Shown: positions 39,015 through 49,647, counted from the first letter of the stretch. The stretch: 64,000 nt of DNA from Candidatus Saccharimonadales bacterium (GCA_040876925.1 JBBDOS010000003.1:61207-125206); one strand, 5' to 3'. The notes: generated by a model not told the origin, from the letters alone. Program-made: numbers and translations.

Positions 39015-39377
39015 TTAAGACTCATCAGATTTTATAGAATCTTTAACGGATTCTTTGGTGGACTCTAACTCTTCTTTTGTACCCTTCATCTCAGCAGAAG
39101 CGGCATCTTTACCAGCGTAAATAGCTTTCTTGACTTTATCTGTAACGCGAGCAGAGGTTTGTCTTAATTCCTTGCCAGCAACTTCTGCTTTGCGCCTAGC
39201 ACTTATTGTCTGATCTTTTACGTCTCTTTCGGTTTCCTCAGCTCTAGATTTAAGTTCTGATCTAGTTTCTGAACCTTTTTTCGGAGCAAACAATACTCCA
39301 GCTACGGCACCTAAAATTGCACCTAATGCAAACTTGCTGCCTTTTTGGTCTTTCGGTTGATTATTGCTATCACTCAT
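39015..39377 (-). CDS. YtxH-like (DUF948-associated) general stress protein
   Basis: ..GAILGAVAGVLFAPKKGSETR.. signature. I placed the start at the Met at 39377 (AAGGAG RBS 7 nt upstream) rather than the track's 39491. Confidence 0.6.
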   Translation of the reverse strand: MSDSNNQPKDQKGSKFALGAILGAVAGVLFAPKKGSETRSELKSRAEETERDVKDQTISARRKAEVAGKELRQTSARVTDKVKKAIYAGKDAASAEMKGTKEELESTKESVKDSIKSDES

Positions 39378-39690
39378 TTTTTGACTCCTTTTCTTGTTGT
39401 TCTTGGTTATTTGTGTTATCTTCTTCAGCCTCATCTTGGCTTTTGTGGCCTTGATAGACCTTTCTAGCAGTAGCAAACATAGCCGAAACAATAGCTGCTA
39501 TATCTATGTTTTTAGCCATACTTTGAGCTACTTTAGAACCTAGAGAGCTAGTTAGGCTATCTATCCTATCAGTAATACTATTTACTCGGTGCACTACTTT
39601 TAAGATTCTAGCTACTAAATAGATACTAAGTACGAGGTAGATGGCGAGAAATATGCTTAAGATTATGACTAATATTTCTAATGCTTCCAT
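39370..39690 (-). CDS. DUF948-like membrane-anchored stress protein
   Basis: 106 aa. N-terminal TM, coiled segment and acidic tail. Its stop overlaps the downstream start. Confidence 0.5.
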   Translation of the reverse strand: MEALEILVIILSIFLAIYLVLSIYLVARILKVVHRVNSITDRIDSLTSSLGSKVAQSMAKNIDIAAIVSAMFATARKVYQGHKSQDEAEEDNTNNQEQQEKESKNE

Positions 39691-39990
39691 AGTCTATATA
39701 TTACAGGAGTAGTAGATTAGGGGCAAGGATATATATTGAACGTTATAAGAACTACCTAAGTAGCTCCGAACTAAGTAGAGTGATTTGGGTTGTTTTTAGT
39801 TCTTATAAACAAAGTTCTATTGGTATAAATAATTTGAATCAATCCATACGTCAAGTTAGAGCTGCCTGTTGCTAAGTTAGTAAATAGTTACTATAAAATA
39901 TATTGACTTATATTGCAATATTATATACACTAATATATGTAGATGGAATGCGTGGATGAGCCTAGTTGCTCCTTGAATCCAAAGCGCCAT

Positions 39991-40749
39991 CTATTTCCTT
40001 TTCACAGCGAAATATACCCCGTTTTTTAGTCTCAATTCCATATCTTGTGACAGATTATAAACATTTATCTTAGCCTGTACGTATTTTACCAATTGCGCCT
40101 TCGCCCCTTTAGTAGAAGCAAGTCCGTACTTCATCTTGAAAGCATATGCCACCGCTCCTATTAGGATATCTGCCAGCTGGATTTCTGACACGGCATGCGA
40201 TTCTAATCTAGCTATACCATACAAGGCATTGCGCCTGTGAGCTTTTTTGACCATATCGCGCACCTCACGCTCAAATTTATCGTCTTTGTCATTAGTCGAC
40301 ACGTCATCTGCCAACACGGTGATATATTCGCTAGCCTGCTGCTTGGTTGCATCGACTATCTTTGCTATGACCTGACCAGCGTATTTATTGTATGATTTGT
40401 ATTTGTTCGGATGATTTTTACCTTTCTTGTCTACAATTTGCACCACAAAACGCAAATTTTTCTCTGCAAAAGTTAAGTCTATAAGTTCTTTGTAAATTGG
40501 CAGAGTGGAGTGGTTAATAGCGCTAAATTTAAACTCGCGATAAAAACGCCGCTTGTTCCTTAGCCTGATTATCGATCTATGCAGATGGCGCGGACTAGGC
40601 AGAGCGATCAAGCCTATGCCAAAAAATCTATCTGTTTCTGGAGTATGCAATAAACCCGTTTCATCTAAGTAACCAAACAAATGTAGTCTGGGTTTTATCA
40701 CTCTAGTGTCACTCTTTTTCATGCAATCATTGTAACATTTTTTGCACAA
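39991..40749 (-). CDS. DUF3800-like protein with N-terminal Zn-ribbon (CxxC..C); orphan, possible defense-related
   Basis: 252 aa. ..FGYLDETG.. resembles the DUF3800 N-terminal DESG motif and ..QLADILIGA.. resembles its C-terminal Q-x-AD motif. Flanked by AT-rich spacers. A possible extended -10 (TGTTACAAT) sits inside the first 27 nt, so a leaderless start at Met10 is possible. Confidence 0.5.
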   Translation of the reverse strand: MCKKCYNDCMKKSDTRVIKPRLHLFGYLDETGLLHTPETDRFFGIGLIALPSPRHLHRSIIRLRNKRRFYREFKFSAINHSTLPIYKELIDLTFAEKNLRFVVQIVDKKGKNHPNKYKSYNKYAGQVIAKIVDATKQQASEYITVLADDVSTNDKDDKFEREVRDMVKKAHRRNALYGIARLESHAVSEIQLADILIGAVAYAFKMKYGLASTKGAKAQLVKYVQAKINVYNLSQDMELRLKNGVYFAVKRK

Positions 40750-40933
40750 TAGTTGTATAAAATACCGTTATTTACTATATGGCTTTAACTTAAGTTTCGA
40801 TGAATTCTACCTTTTTTGCTTAGAGCCATTAACGATACCTCTACCTGTATAGCGTTCTATTTGTTTGTTGTCTTTTTCTAATCCGATAAGCCACTAAGGC
40901 TGAGCTGAATAATTAATCTAGTTCTTCTACTTT

Positions 40934-42400
40934 TTATTTCAGCTTACTTTTTAGCATTTCTTGTACCATCTGTGGATTAGCCTGGCCCTTACTCTCCTTC
41001 ATCACCTGACCGACTAAAAAGCCGATGGCTTTAGCTTCGCCGGATTCAACATCCTTCACGGCCTGTGGGTTAGCAGCTATGACTTGATCTACTATTGTCC
41101 CTAGTTGATTAGTATCAGACATCTGGATTAACCCTTTATCTTTAGCTATATCTTCAGGAGGTGTATCGGTAGTAATCATGGCGGATAGAACTATCTTGGC
41201 ATTGGTAGAGCTAAGATCTCCCACCTCTACCATCTGAGCTAGGGCAACTAATCTATCGCTATCTAGTTGGAACTTATCCCAATTGAAACCCTCTTCACCG
41301 ACAATTCTTAGCACCTCACCTGATAGCCAGTTAGCAACTGGCTTGGCATATTGAGAGTTGGTAGCTATAACGTCTTGTTGCAGATCAGCTAGTTTGGGCT
41401 GATTTAAAATGGCTGTGATAATAGTCTGACTTAAATCTGCTTCCTTAAGCTTAGCCCTGATATCTCCCACCATTATTGGAGAGTTCTTAGCTATAGCTTG
41501 CTTCATCTGCTCAGCGATCTGTAGCGGTGGTAGGTCTGGTTCTTTAAAGTATCTATAGTCCATAGCTTCTTCCTTGCTGCGCTGAGAAATAGTTTTACCA
41601 GTGCTATCATCATACCCCCTGGTTTCTTGGACTATCTTTTCGCCTTTTTCTAGTAGCTCAATTTGCCTGTTTATCTCATACTCCGCAGCTTTCTCTACGC
41701 TACGGAAAGAGTTTAAGTTCTTAGTCTCACTACGTGTACCTAGAGTTTTAGAGTCTTTCTTTCTAACGCTAACGTTAACATCAAAGCGCATATTGCCGTG
41801 ATACAAATCTACATCACTAACGCCGGCATATAGCATACGCATGTATAGCTCCTGGGTATAAGCCTTAGCCTCTGCTGGAGAGTGGATATCGGGCTCAGAG
41901 ACTATCTCTAGTAGCGGCGTACCAGCTCTATTTAGATCTACTAAGGAATAATCTACTCCTTCAGGATGAGTTAACTTACCAGCATCCTCTTCTAGGTGAG
42001 CCCTAGTGATACCAACTTTAAAAGAGCTATCACTCATATGTACTGCTATCTCACCCTGACCAACTATCGGTTCATCATACTGAGTAATTTGATAGCCTTT
42101 AGGTAGATCAGGATAGAAATAGTTTTTCCTATCGAACTTAGTATCGCTGGCTATTTCAGCATTAAGCGCAAGTCCGGCTCTAATAGCTAACTCTACAGCT
42201 GCCTTATTTAGCACTGGCAGTGTACCTGGCATACCTAGGCAGATAGGACATATTAAAGTATTAGGCTCTGCCTCCCTAGCATCATTACTACAACCACAGA
42301 AAAGCTTACTGTTGGTTTTGAGCTGGACATGACACTCAATCCCTATATCTACAATGTAGTTTGGGTTGATAGTGGATCTTAAGGGTAGTTGATTAGTCAT
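40934..42400 (-). CDS. gatB: Asp-tRNA(Asn)/Glu-tRNA(Gln) amidotransferase subunit B
   Basis: 488 aa GatB/GatE catalytic domain plus C-terminal YqeY-like domain. Confidence 0.9.
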   Translation of the reverse strand: MTNQLPLRSTINPNYIVDIGIECHVQLKTNSKLFCGCSNDAREAEPNTLICPICLGMPGTLPVLNKAAVELAIRAGLALNAEIASDTKFDRKNYFYPDLPKGYQITQYDEPIVGQGEIAVHMSDSSFKVGITRAHLEEDAGKLTHPEGVDYSLVDLNRAGTPLLEIVSEPDIHSPAEAKAYTQELYMRMLYAGVSDVDLYHGNMRFDVNVSVRKKDSKTLGTRSETKNLNSFRSVEKAAEYEINRQIELLEKGEKIVQETRGYDDSTGKTISQRSKEEAMDYRYFKEPDLPPLQIAEQMKQAIAKNSPIMVGDIRAKLKEADLSQTIITAILNQPKLADLQQDVIATNSQYAKPVANWLSGEVLRIVGEEGFNWDKFQLDSDRLVALAQMVEVGDLSSTNAKIVLSAMITTDTPPEDIAKDKGLIQMSDTNQLGTIVDQVIAANPQAVKDVESGEAKAIGFLVGQVMKESKGQANPQMVQEMLKSKLK

Positions 42401-42813
42401 TACATCACTCCTAAATCTCTCAAAGCTTGCTTAAACTGCTCCAAACTACGATCGACTAACCTCTCATCGACTTCATAATCTGCCTCATGGACTATTTTAT
42501 TACGTAGTTTATGCGCTTCCCAGACATCATTAATGTAAGTGAAGTCTCCTCCGGCACTCTTTAATCTATCTCCCATAGTCTCACCGCCATAGCCGCGCTT
42601 CTTTAATACATAATCTAACAACTTATCGGCCTCAACAATAGCTAAATTAGCGGATGGTGAGTTAGCAGTTCGTGTAATATGGGCCCACTTGTCTTTAATA
42701 AACTGTTTATCTACAGAAGCAACCTTAGGTGTAGTTGTTTTTCTCATCAAACCAATGGCTATTAGCCCTAGTAACAAAGCTGCTCCCAGTACTATCAAAG
42801 CTATATCTATCAT
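42400..42813 (-). CDS. Hypothetical N-terminally membrane-anchored protein embedded in the gatCAB operon
   Basis: 137 aa. A single TM then a soluble domain. Translationally coupled on both sides (4-nt overlaps). Confidence 0.5.
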   Translation of the reverse strand: MIDIALIVLGAALLLGLIAIGLMRKTTTPKVASVDKQFIKDKWAHITRTANSPSANLAIVEADKLLDYVLKKRGYGGETMGDRLKSAGGDFTYINDVWEAHKLRNKIVHEADYEVDERLVDRSLEQFKQALRDLGVM

Positions 42814-44255
42814 ATGAGCTCCCCTATTACATGAGCTACATCTAGCAACTGCTTATCCTGACCTTGAGGACCCTGCAGCTGCAAGCCAACCGGTAAATTA
42901 CCCACATTTCCTGATGGTATGGAGATAGCCGGTATACCAGCTAAATTAGCTGCTATAGTCATGTAATCGCTTTTATACATACTGATAGGGTCTGGTTTGG
43001 CGCCTAGATCAAAGGCGGTAGTTGCTGCTGTAGGGCCAATTAGGAAATCAACATCTGCAAAAATATCTTCATATTCTTTAACTATTAAACTCCGAACCTT
43101 CTGAGCCTGCTTGTAGTAGGCGTCTTGATAGCCACTGGATAATACGTAGGTTCCAGTAAGAATTCTTCTGATTGACTCAGAGCCGAAACCGCTGCCTCTT
43201 GATAGTAGGTAGGTATCTAGTAGGTCTTTAGCTTGCTTGGAGCTAAAGCCATATTTAACACCGTCATATCTGGCTAAGTTAGAACTAATTTCGGCTGGAG
43301 CTAGAATGTAATAGACCGGAAGAGATGCTTCCGAATTAGACAGGCTGACTTCTTTAATATCGGCACCAGCTGCTTTTAGCTTATCTATAGCTGCTTTGAT
43401 ATTAGCTAGCACATCTTTATCTTCTATCATCTCTAGATGCTCCTTGATGATACCGAATTTAATACCTTTAAGATCTCGCTTCTTGTTGCCATCTTGATTT
43501 ATTAGATAACTATCTTGGCGCTTGATAGTAGTGCTATCATTCACGTCTTGACCGGCTAAAACGTCTAATACGTAAGCACTGTCTGATACGCTGCGAGTAA
43601 TAGGACCTATAACGTCTGTGGATGAGGCCATAGCTATAACACCGTACCTTGAAACTAATCCATAGGTCGGCTTATACCCTACTACTCCACAAAAGCTGGC
43701 CGGTAAGCGGATAGACCCACCTGTATCGGTACCTAGAGCAAACGGGGTGATATTAAGTGCCACGGCTGCTGCTGAACCGCCAGAGGATCCCCCAGGAACC
43801 TTACTGCTATCATGTGGGTTCTTGGTCGGACCATAGGCACTGTTTTCTGTTGAAGAACCATGAGCAAATTCATCTAGATTGGCTTTAGCTACCATGATTG
43901 CACCAGCTGCTTCTAGTTTATCTATAGCGCTGGCCTGATACGGAGCTTGGAAGTTATCTAGCATCTTACTAGCAGCTGTAGTCTTGGTATTCTTGGTGAG
44001 AAAGTTATCTTTAGCAATAAATGGTACACCAGATAATACACCCAAGGTTTCACCATCTGCTATAGCTTTATCTATAGCCTTAGCCTGATCTAGAGCTGAT
44101 TGATTAACATCCAAGATGGCATGGTAGTCTTGATTAGCTTTAATCAACTCAAGACTTTGATTAACTAAAAACTCAGCTGTTACTTCCTGGTTACGGACTT
44201 TGGCTACTAGTTCTGGTATGGGCAGATCTAGATATTCAGATTTACTTTCACTCAT
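42810..44255 (-). CDS. gatA: Glutamyl-tRNA(Gln) amidotransferase subunit A
   Basis: 481 aa amidase signature (..GGSSGGSAAAVA..). Confidence 0.9.
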   Translation of the reverse strand: MSESKSEYLDLPIPELVAKVRNQEVTAEFLVNQSLELIKANQDYHAILDVNQSALDQAKAIDKAIADGETLGVLSGVPFIAKDNFLTKNTKTTAASKMLDNFQAPYQASAIDKLEAAGAIMVAKANLDEFAHGSSTENSAYGPTKNPHDSSKVPGGSSGGSAAAVALNITPFALGTDTGGSIRLPASFCGVVGYKPTYGLVSRYGVIAMASSTDVIGPITRSVSDSAYVLDVLAGQDVNDSTTIKRQDSYLINQDGNKKRDLKGIKFGIIKEHLEMIEDKDVLANIKAAIDKLKAAGADIKEVSLSNSEASLPVYYILAPAEISSNLARYDGVKYGFSSKQAKDLLDTYLLSRGSGFGSESIRRILTGTYVLSSGYQDAYYKQAQKVRSLIVKEYEDIFADVDFLIGPTAATTAFDLGAKPDPISMYKSDYMTIAANLAGIPAISIPSGNVGNLPVGLQLQGPQGQDKQLLDVAHVIGELI

Positions 44256-44566
44256 AGTACTTTTCTCACTTTGATATACCCGCCCTCTGTCTCAAGAGTA
44301 TTACTCAATAGCTCCTCACGGCTAATAAGAGATGGTTTAACTTCATCTTCGCGCCAAATACCCACTAAACCAGTAACCTGAGAAGTAATCTCAACCCCGC
44401 TAGTATCGATTGATTGTAGCCTGGATACGTAATCTAGAATATCCATTAATTGAGGGGCTAGCTCTTTAGCTATGGCCTCATCAATACCTATGCGCGCTAA
44501 TACACCTAAATGTTTAATGTCTGAATCTTTTATCTTGTTCATGTCTAAACTACAGTATAGCGACAA
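44252..44566 (-). CDS. gatC: Glutamyl-tRNA(Gln) amidotransferase subunit C
   Basis: 104 aa. GatC-like. 4-nt overlap with gatA. Confidence 0.8.
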   Translation of the reverse strand: MSLYCSLDMNKIKDSDIKHLGVLARIGIDEAIAKELAPQLMDILDYVSRLQSIDTSGVEITSQVTGLVGIWREDEVKPSLISREELLSNTLETEGGYIKVRKVL

Positions 44567-44640
44567 TAGTCTCAGAAGTTAACCTAGAATAAAATTCAAT
44601 AACAAAAGTAATATTGAAAAATATCCTGAAAGTAAACTAA

Positions 44641-46599
44641 CTAATCAGATTTCTCTATCTCCTCGATTAGATCCCTCAGCTCAGCTGCCTCTTCAAACCG
44701 CAAGTTAGCAGCAGCTAGCTCCATCTGGGCGGTTAGGTCTTTAACGACATGTTGTTCTTCACCCTTAGGTATTTTTTTAACATCTACTTTTGGCTTCTTA
44801 GTCTCTTCTTCGCTACGCATTCGATCCTCTATAGCTCTTTGAATGCTAGCTGGTGTAATATTGTGCTTTTTATTGTGCTCTTGCTGGAGCTTGCGTCTTC
44901 TATCAGTCTCATCAATTGCCTGGCTCATAGATTTAGTGGTGTTATCGGCATACATCAACACTCTACCTTGAGAGTGCCTAGATGCTCTACCGATTGTTTG
45001 AATCAAGGCTTGAGAGCTACGCAAGAAACCTTCCTTATCAGCATCTAGAATAGCCACTAAGCTAACTTCTGGTAGATCTAGACCTTCTCTGAGTAAATTA
45101 ATACCCACCAATACGTCGTATTTACCCATACGCAAGTCTCTTAAGATGTCACTACGCTCTAGGGTGTCTACTTCTGAGTGTAAATACTGGACTTTGATAC
45201 CTAGCTCATCTAGATACTCACTTAGGTCCTCGGCCATGCGTTTAGTTAGAGTAGTCACTAGTACTCTAAAGCCATCTTTGATAGTTGATCTTATCTCAGC
45301 TATTAAATCATCTACTTGATTTTCAGTTGGTCGCACCTCTATTTCAGGATCTACTAATCCAGTTGGACGGATAATCTGCTCCACTATTTGAGAGGATCTA
45401 CTTAACTCAAACTCAGCTGGAGTAGCCGATACGTAAACTACTTGGTTGTAATGGCTTTCAAACTCTGAGAAGGTTAGTGGCCGATTATCTAAGGCACTAG
45501 GCAACCTAAAACCATGCTCTACTAATACTTCTTTCCTAGCTCTATCACCGTTATACATACCACGTACTTGAGGGATACTCATATGTGATTCATCAACAAA
45601 CATCAAATAATCATCTGGGAAATAGTCGAGTAGGGTGGCTGGCTGCTCACCCTCTTCACGGTTGGTTAAATATCTAGAGTAGTTTTCGATACCCTTAACA
45701 AAGCCCGTCTCATTCATCATCTCTAGATCATACTTAGTTCGCTGCTCTAGCCGCTGGGCCTCTAGTAGCTTATTCTCTGATTTGAGCTGCTTTAGTCGCT
45801 GAGTTAGCTCTGATTCAATTTTGACCATAGCCTCTTTGAGCTTTTCCTCCGGAGTCACGAAGTGACTTCCGGGAAAGATACTAACTTGGTCTAAGTTATC
45901 CCCTAGCTCACCAGTTAAGGGGTCTAGGGCTCTAATTCTCTCTATCTCATCTCCGAAAAACTCAATTCTGTAGGCCTTATCACCACCTACAGGAAAAATA
46001 TCAACTATATCTCCTTTGGCCCTGAAGGTGCCACGAGCAAAATCTACCTCATTGCGCTCATATTGAATATCGGTTAAATGACGTAGCAGCTTATCTCTCT
46101 TACGCACCTCCCCAACTTCTAACTTGATAGATAGGGCCTGATAATCTTCTACCGATCCTAGGCCGTAAATACAGCTGACAGAAGCCACTATGATGACATC
46201 TCGGCGTTCAAGTAATGCTTTAGTGGAGGCGTGTCTGAGTCGATCTATCTCATCATTGATGGCCGAATCTTTCTCTATGTATGTATCTGACTGGGGGATA
46301 TAGGCTTCCGGTTGGTAGTAGTCAAAATAACTAATAAAGTAATGGACTGCCGCATCAGGAAAAAAGCGCTTAAATTCAGAATATAGCTGGGCCGCCAAGG
46401 TTTTATTGTGGCTCAGTACTAGAGTAGGCTTCTTGGTATTAGCTATCACAGAGGCCATGGAGAAAGTCTTACCGCTGCCAGTAACTCCTAGTAGGGTTTG
46501 TTCCTTGTCGCCTCGCTCTATGCCTTCAGTCAGTTGAGCTATGGCTTGGGGCTGGTCTCCAGCCGGCTGATATTCACTGCTTAATTTAAACTCTTGCAT
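44641..46599 (-). CDS. uvrB: Excinuclease ABC subunit B
   Basis: 652 aa. Walker A GVTGSGKT, helicase motifs and a C-terminal UVR domain. Confidence 0.92.
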   Translation of the reverse strand: MQEFKLSSEYQPAGDQPQAIAQLTEGIERGDKEQTLLGVTGSGKTFSMASVIANTKKPTLVLSHNKTLAAQLYSEFKRFFPDAAVHYFISYFDYYQPEAYIPQSDTYIEKDSAINDEIDRLRHASTKALLERRDVIIVASVSCIYGLGSVEDYQALSIKLEVGEVRKRDKLLRHLTDIQYERNEVDFARGTFRAKGDIVDIFPVGGDKAYRIEFFGDEIERIRALDPLTGELGDNLDQVSIFPGSHFVTPEEKLKEAMVKIESELTQRLKQLKSENKLLEAQRLEQRTKYDLEMMNETGFVKGIENYSRYLTNREEGEQPATLLDYFPDDYLMFVDESHMSIPQVRGMYNGDRARKEVLVEHGFRLPSALDNRPLTFSEFESHYNQVVYVSATPAEFELSRSSQIVEQIIRPTGLVDPEIEVRPTENQVDDLIAEIRSTIKDGFRVLVTTLTKRMAEDLSEYLDELGIKVQYLHSEVDTLERSDILRDLRMGKYDVLVGINLLREGLDLPEVSLVAILDADKEGFLRSSQALIQTIGRASRHSQGRVLMYADNTTKSMSQAIDETDRRRKLQQEHNKKHNITPASIQRAIEDRMRSEEETKKPKVDVKKIPKGEEQHVVKDLTAQMELAAANLRFEEAAELRDLIEEIEKSD

Positions 46600-46661
46600 G
46601 ACTTATTAGTATAGCAGTTAGTATTATTGATTTTCTCTTAAGTATTGCTAAAGATTTATTG

Positions 46662-47903
46662 CTATCTATTAATCTCTATTTTCTCCGGAGCTATTAAAGC
46701 ATTATCTAACCGCTTCAATATTCTATCCTCTAGATTATTTTGACCCATATAGCGAGAGAATATCTCATTCCATAGTGACTCACGGAAATGGTATAAGTAT
46801 CTATCATCAAATTTCAAGTTATTTGAATAACTCAGCGATACATCCATTAAATTAAACGTCACCGGTTCATCATCATTCATAAATAGTCCTACATAATCTA
46901 AATCTTTCCAGAATTCTAACTCTGGGTCTATCTCATAGAGTAACTCTTCGGCTTTACGCCAATGTAGGTCTTCTGGCTGAACATGTGGTTCAAATATCTC
47001 TGGGTGATGCTCATCTTTTAGTTTACCGAAGTATCTTTGGATGACCCGCCAGTGGATATATTCACCCTTGGCTATCTCAACTACTGATGGATCAGCAATT
47101 AAAGTATCGACGAATATATCACCGAAATTCTGTTTGTCTTTCATGAGTTTGAAAAAGGCTGAGTAAAGTCGTATTTCGTTAAAGTAGTGCAATAAAAGCG
47201 GCATGATTTTAAGAGTTGAACCCGGCATAGGACTGGTATCGGCTACCGGCATAGTCATAATCACCCCTAATTCTTTGAGGTGGGTAATATTGTGCAATTT
47301 CTTGGCGATAAAGTGAGCCGCTATATCACCCCACTTATCAGCATCAAACTGCAAGATCCTAATATCCCTAGCCTCAAAATCATCAGGAGTTAAGCTGTGG
47401 TACTGAGAGTTGTACTCATTTAACCAATCATTATCCTCAGCAAACCTTAAGGCCCCATATATCTCATACAAATCTTCTTTGGCTAGTAGCTGTTTAACAC
47501 TGCTATGGCCTAGCTTGGCCATAATCTGCTTGGGTGGGGTATGTAGTAGCATCTGCTCAGCCACCTCGTCTTTAATAAACCAACCATCCCGGGGCATAGA
47601 CAATTCCTCCACCCGCTTGACTATTAAGGGCGTCATCTCTTTCAAGTTAGTCGGATCAGAACCGCCTATCTCTTTGGCTAGGTGTTCATCGTGTTTAGCT
47701 ACTGTATTAATTAACGACCTATATAGCTCTTGCCCGGTAGTATCTTCTATATCTAGTTTTAGCTCCCGCATCTTCTCGTGATACTTAGTCAATATTTCGA
47801 CTATTAACCTAGCGTCGATTGACTGGTTTTGGGTTTGGGCTTCTAACTGAGTGATGGCCTTATCAAAAATCGGTTGTTTGGCTTGTAAAAGTCTAGCTAG
47901 CAT
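46662..47903 (-). CDS. Hypothetical protein
   Basis: 413-aa ORF, no motif recognized. 3-nt spacing to the upstream PfkB kinase gene suggests co-transcription. Confidence 0.5.
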   Translation of the reverse strand: MLARLLQAKQPIFDKAITQLEAQTQNQSIDARLIVEILTKYHEKMRELKLDIEDTTGQELYRSLINTVAKHDEHLAKEIGGSDPTNLKEMTPLIVKRVEELSMPRDGWFIKDEVAEQMLLHTPPKQIMAKLGHSSVKQLLAKEDLYEIYGALRFAEDNDWLNEYNSQYHSLTPDDFEARDIRILQFDADKWGDIAAHFIAKKLHNITHLKELGVIMTMPVADTSPMPGSTLKIMPLLLHYFNEIRLYSAFFKLMKDKQNFGDIFVDTLIADPSVVEIAKGEYIHWRVIQRYFGKLKDEHHPEIFEPHVQPEDLHWRKAEELLYEIDPELEFWKDLDYVGLFMNDDEPVTFNLMDVSLSYSNNLKFDDRYLYHFRESLWNEIFSRYMGQNNLEDRILKRLDNALIAPEKIEINR

Positions 47904-47906
47904 CTC

Positions 47907-48884
47907 TTAAGTAATCTCCTTTTTAGTTATGGGCATTTTCTTAACCCTAGTGTCTTTAGATAGTATGCCGTTCTTAGCCCCTACCTCTTCAATTATGGAG
48001 GTAGAGTTAGCACTAGCAAAACTTAGAGCCATAGATATATCTTCACCAGCCGCTATTTTGGCTACAAAACCTGACGTAAAACCATCGCCAGCCCCAGTGC
48101 GATCTAGTACTGGTGAATCTTTGTATAGGCCGGCTTTGTAGGTGTATTCTCCGTCACTAGCACAAGAACCTTTAGCCCCATTAGTAACTACTACAATCTT
48201 GGCATGCTTAGCCAGCTTAGTGGCTAACTCTTCAATCCTGTCTCCCTTCACCAACATTTGAGCCTCTTCCTTATTCAAACTCACCACTGCGAAATTCTCT
48301 AATAGGTCAATTAGCCTCTGGCTTTGCTTTAACTCCTCGTGCCCTGGATTAATAGCTAGCTTAATATCGTGATTCTTAGCGTAATGAATTAATGACTCAA
48401 GTAGCGGGAAATTACCGCTCAGTGATGAGATGTACAACCAGTCAGTACGCAGCTTGGCAAAATGGTCAAAGTCACTAGCGCGTAGCTCCTGGGATACCCC
48501 TCTATAAACTAGGACGGTTCTCTCACCTCTAGGAGCTAGTAGAAGAGTAGAGTATCCAGTAGTGCCGTCTAAATCACACTTAACCATACTGGTATCAACC
48601 CCTAGAGACTGTAAGTCAGTTAAAATATGCTTACCGGCTGGATCATCACCGATTTTGCCCATAAAGCTAACCTCAAAGCCATGTTTCACGAAAGTAGCTG
48701 CAGCATTAGTAGCCCCACCACCAGTCGTAAACATCACCTTATCAAGTTCTAGTTTAGCTCCTAGCGGGAACTGCTCAATAAAATCATGCGTTCTCACATC
48801 ACGCTTAGCTCTAAGTACTTCACCCATCAGTATGACATCTTGGACAGCAGCACCTATGCAAGTAATTTTTATCTTCTTAGTCAT
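47907..48884 (-). CDS. PfkB-family carbohydrate/nucleoside kinase
   Basis: 325 aa. ..GGGATNAAATF.. and C-terminal ..GAGDGFTSGF.. PfkB signatures. Confidence 0.8.
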   Translation of the reverse strand: MTKKIKITCIGAAVQDVILMGEVLRAKRDVRTHDFIEQFPLGAKLELDKVMFTTGGGATNAAATFVKHGFEVSFMGKIGDDPAGKHILTDLQSLGVDTSMVKCDLDGTTGYSTLLLAPRGERTVLVYRGVSQELRASDFDHFAKLRTDWLYISSLSGNFPLLESLIHYAKNHDIKLAINPGHEELKQSQRLIDLLENFAVVSLNKEEAQMLVKGDRIEELATKLAKHAKIVVVTNGAKGSCASDGEYTYKAGLYKDSPVLDRTGAGDGFTSGFVAKIAAGEDISMALSFASANSTSIIEEVGAKNGILSKDTRVKKMPITKKEIT

Positions 48885-48959
48885 TGTGCTTATGATAGCA
48901 TAATTTGACTATCTAAATGGGTATTGCAATGAGGCTATAAATGTTCTAGTATGTAGTAC

Positions 48960-49487
48960 GAATCGCCAATGGGGTGATTTGAACATCGTAATATCTATCG
49001 GCTGAGTACGGGGCTCTAGCTTGAACAAAGCTTGGTTCTGCGAAAAGTCGATAAAAGCGTCCTTTGCTAGTAATAGGAGCAGTTAGAGGGAAGCCTCGAC
49101 GTTCCAGTAGTTATTGCTAGTAAGGGCTCTTTCCGGGAGTTTATCCGCTACACAAGCAGCCCAGTAATTGGGTGTATCGCGTGATGTGTGTCTTGAACAA
49201 CTTAACAGACACGGCTCCCGGTTAGACTTATCCGACTATCCTCCCCGCCTTCCCCTGGTGCTGGAGGGTAGCACGCAGGCTGTCGTCTGAACGTGGCCTC
49301 CCAAGTCACTACTACCAAAATCAGACGCGGTTGCGTGTTACGGGTGCGGTCGGTCCGCTAAAGGTTCAGAGTTCACCGCTCTGTTACTAACGTGGATCGG
49401 CCGCACCCGACCAACTTGAGATCTTGTTAGGAGGTTACCCTTCTAGCATTTAGCACACCTAGTGCAATCTCAAGTTTTTTCTTTTTT
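48960..49487 (+). ncRNA. Structured GC-rich ncRNA with its own promoter and terminator; identity unresolved (rnpB or ssrA are candidates)
   Basis: ~0.5 kb non-coding stretch with GC far above the flanks. Candidate promoter TTGCAA-17-TAGTAT (48924-48952). A 15-bp long-range helix GGGUGCGGUCGGUCC/GGAUCGGCCGCACCC contains two G-U pairs that form only on the plus strand. A 10-bp terminator stem AACTTGAGAT/ATCTCAAGTT is followed by TTTTTTCTTTTTT. Confidence 0.45.
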
Positions 49488-49647
49488 ATAGATTTACAGA
49501 TTCAAAATATTTAAAACAAAAAAGAAGATCTCCCGCATTGTAGTTCAAAGACTACGAGGCCAAAGACCTTCACTTATAATATTACCAATTCAGAGTGTGT
49601 AATGTCAGAATACACATACGTATAAGAGGCTCTTTTATAATTATCCC

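Noticed and set aside
39370..39491. 122-nt overlap between track ORFs 39015-39491 and 39370-39690
   Set aside because: Resolved by using the internal Met at 39377, which has an AAGGAG RBS; the overlap is then only 8 nt.
48960..49487. tmRNA on the minus strand (a TTCAAAT T-loop-like motif appears in the reverse complement near 48975)
   Set aside because: Flanking bases cannot form a T-stem, no acceptor/CCA end, and the long-range helix has G-U pairs only on the plus strand.
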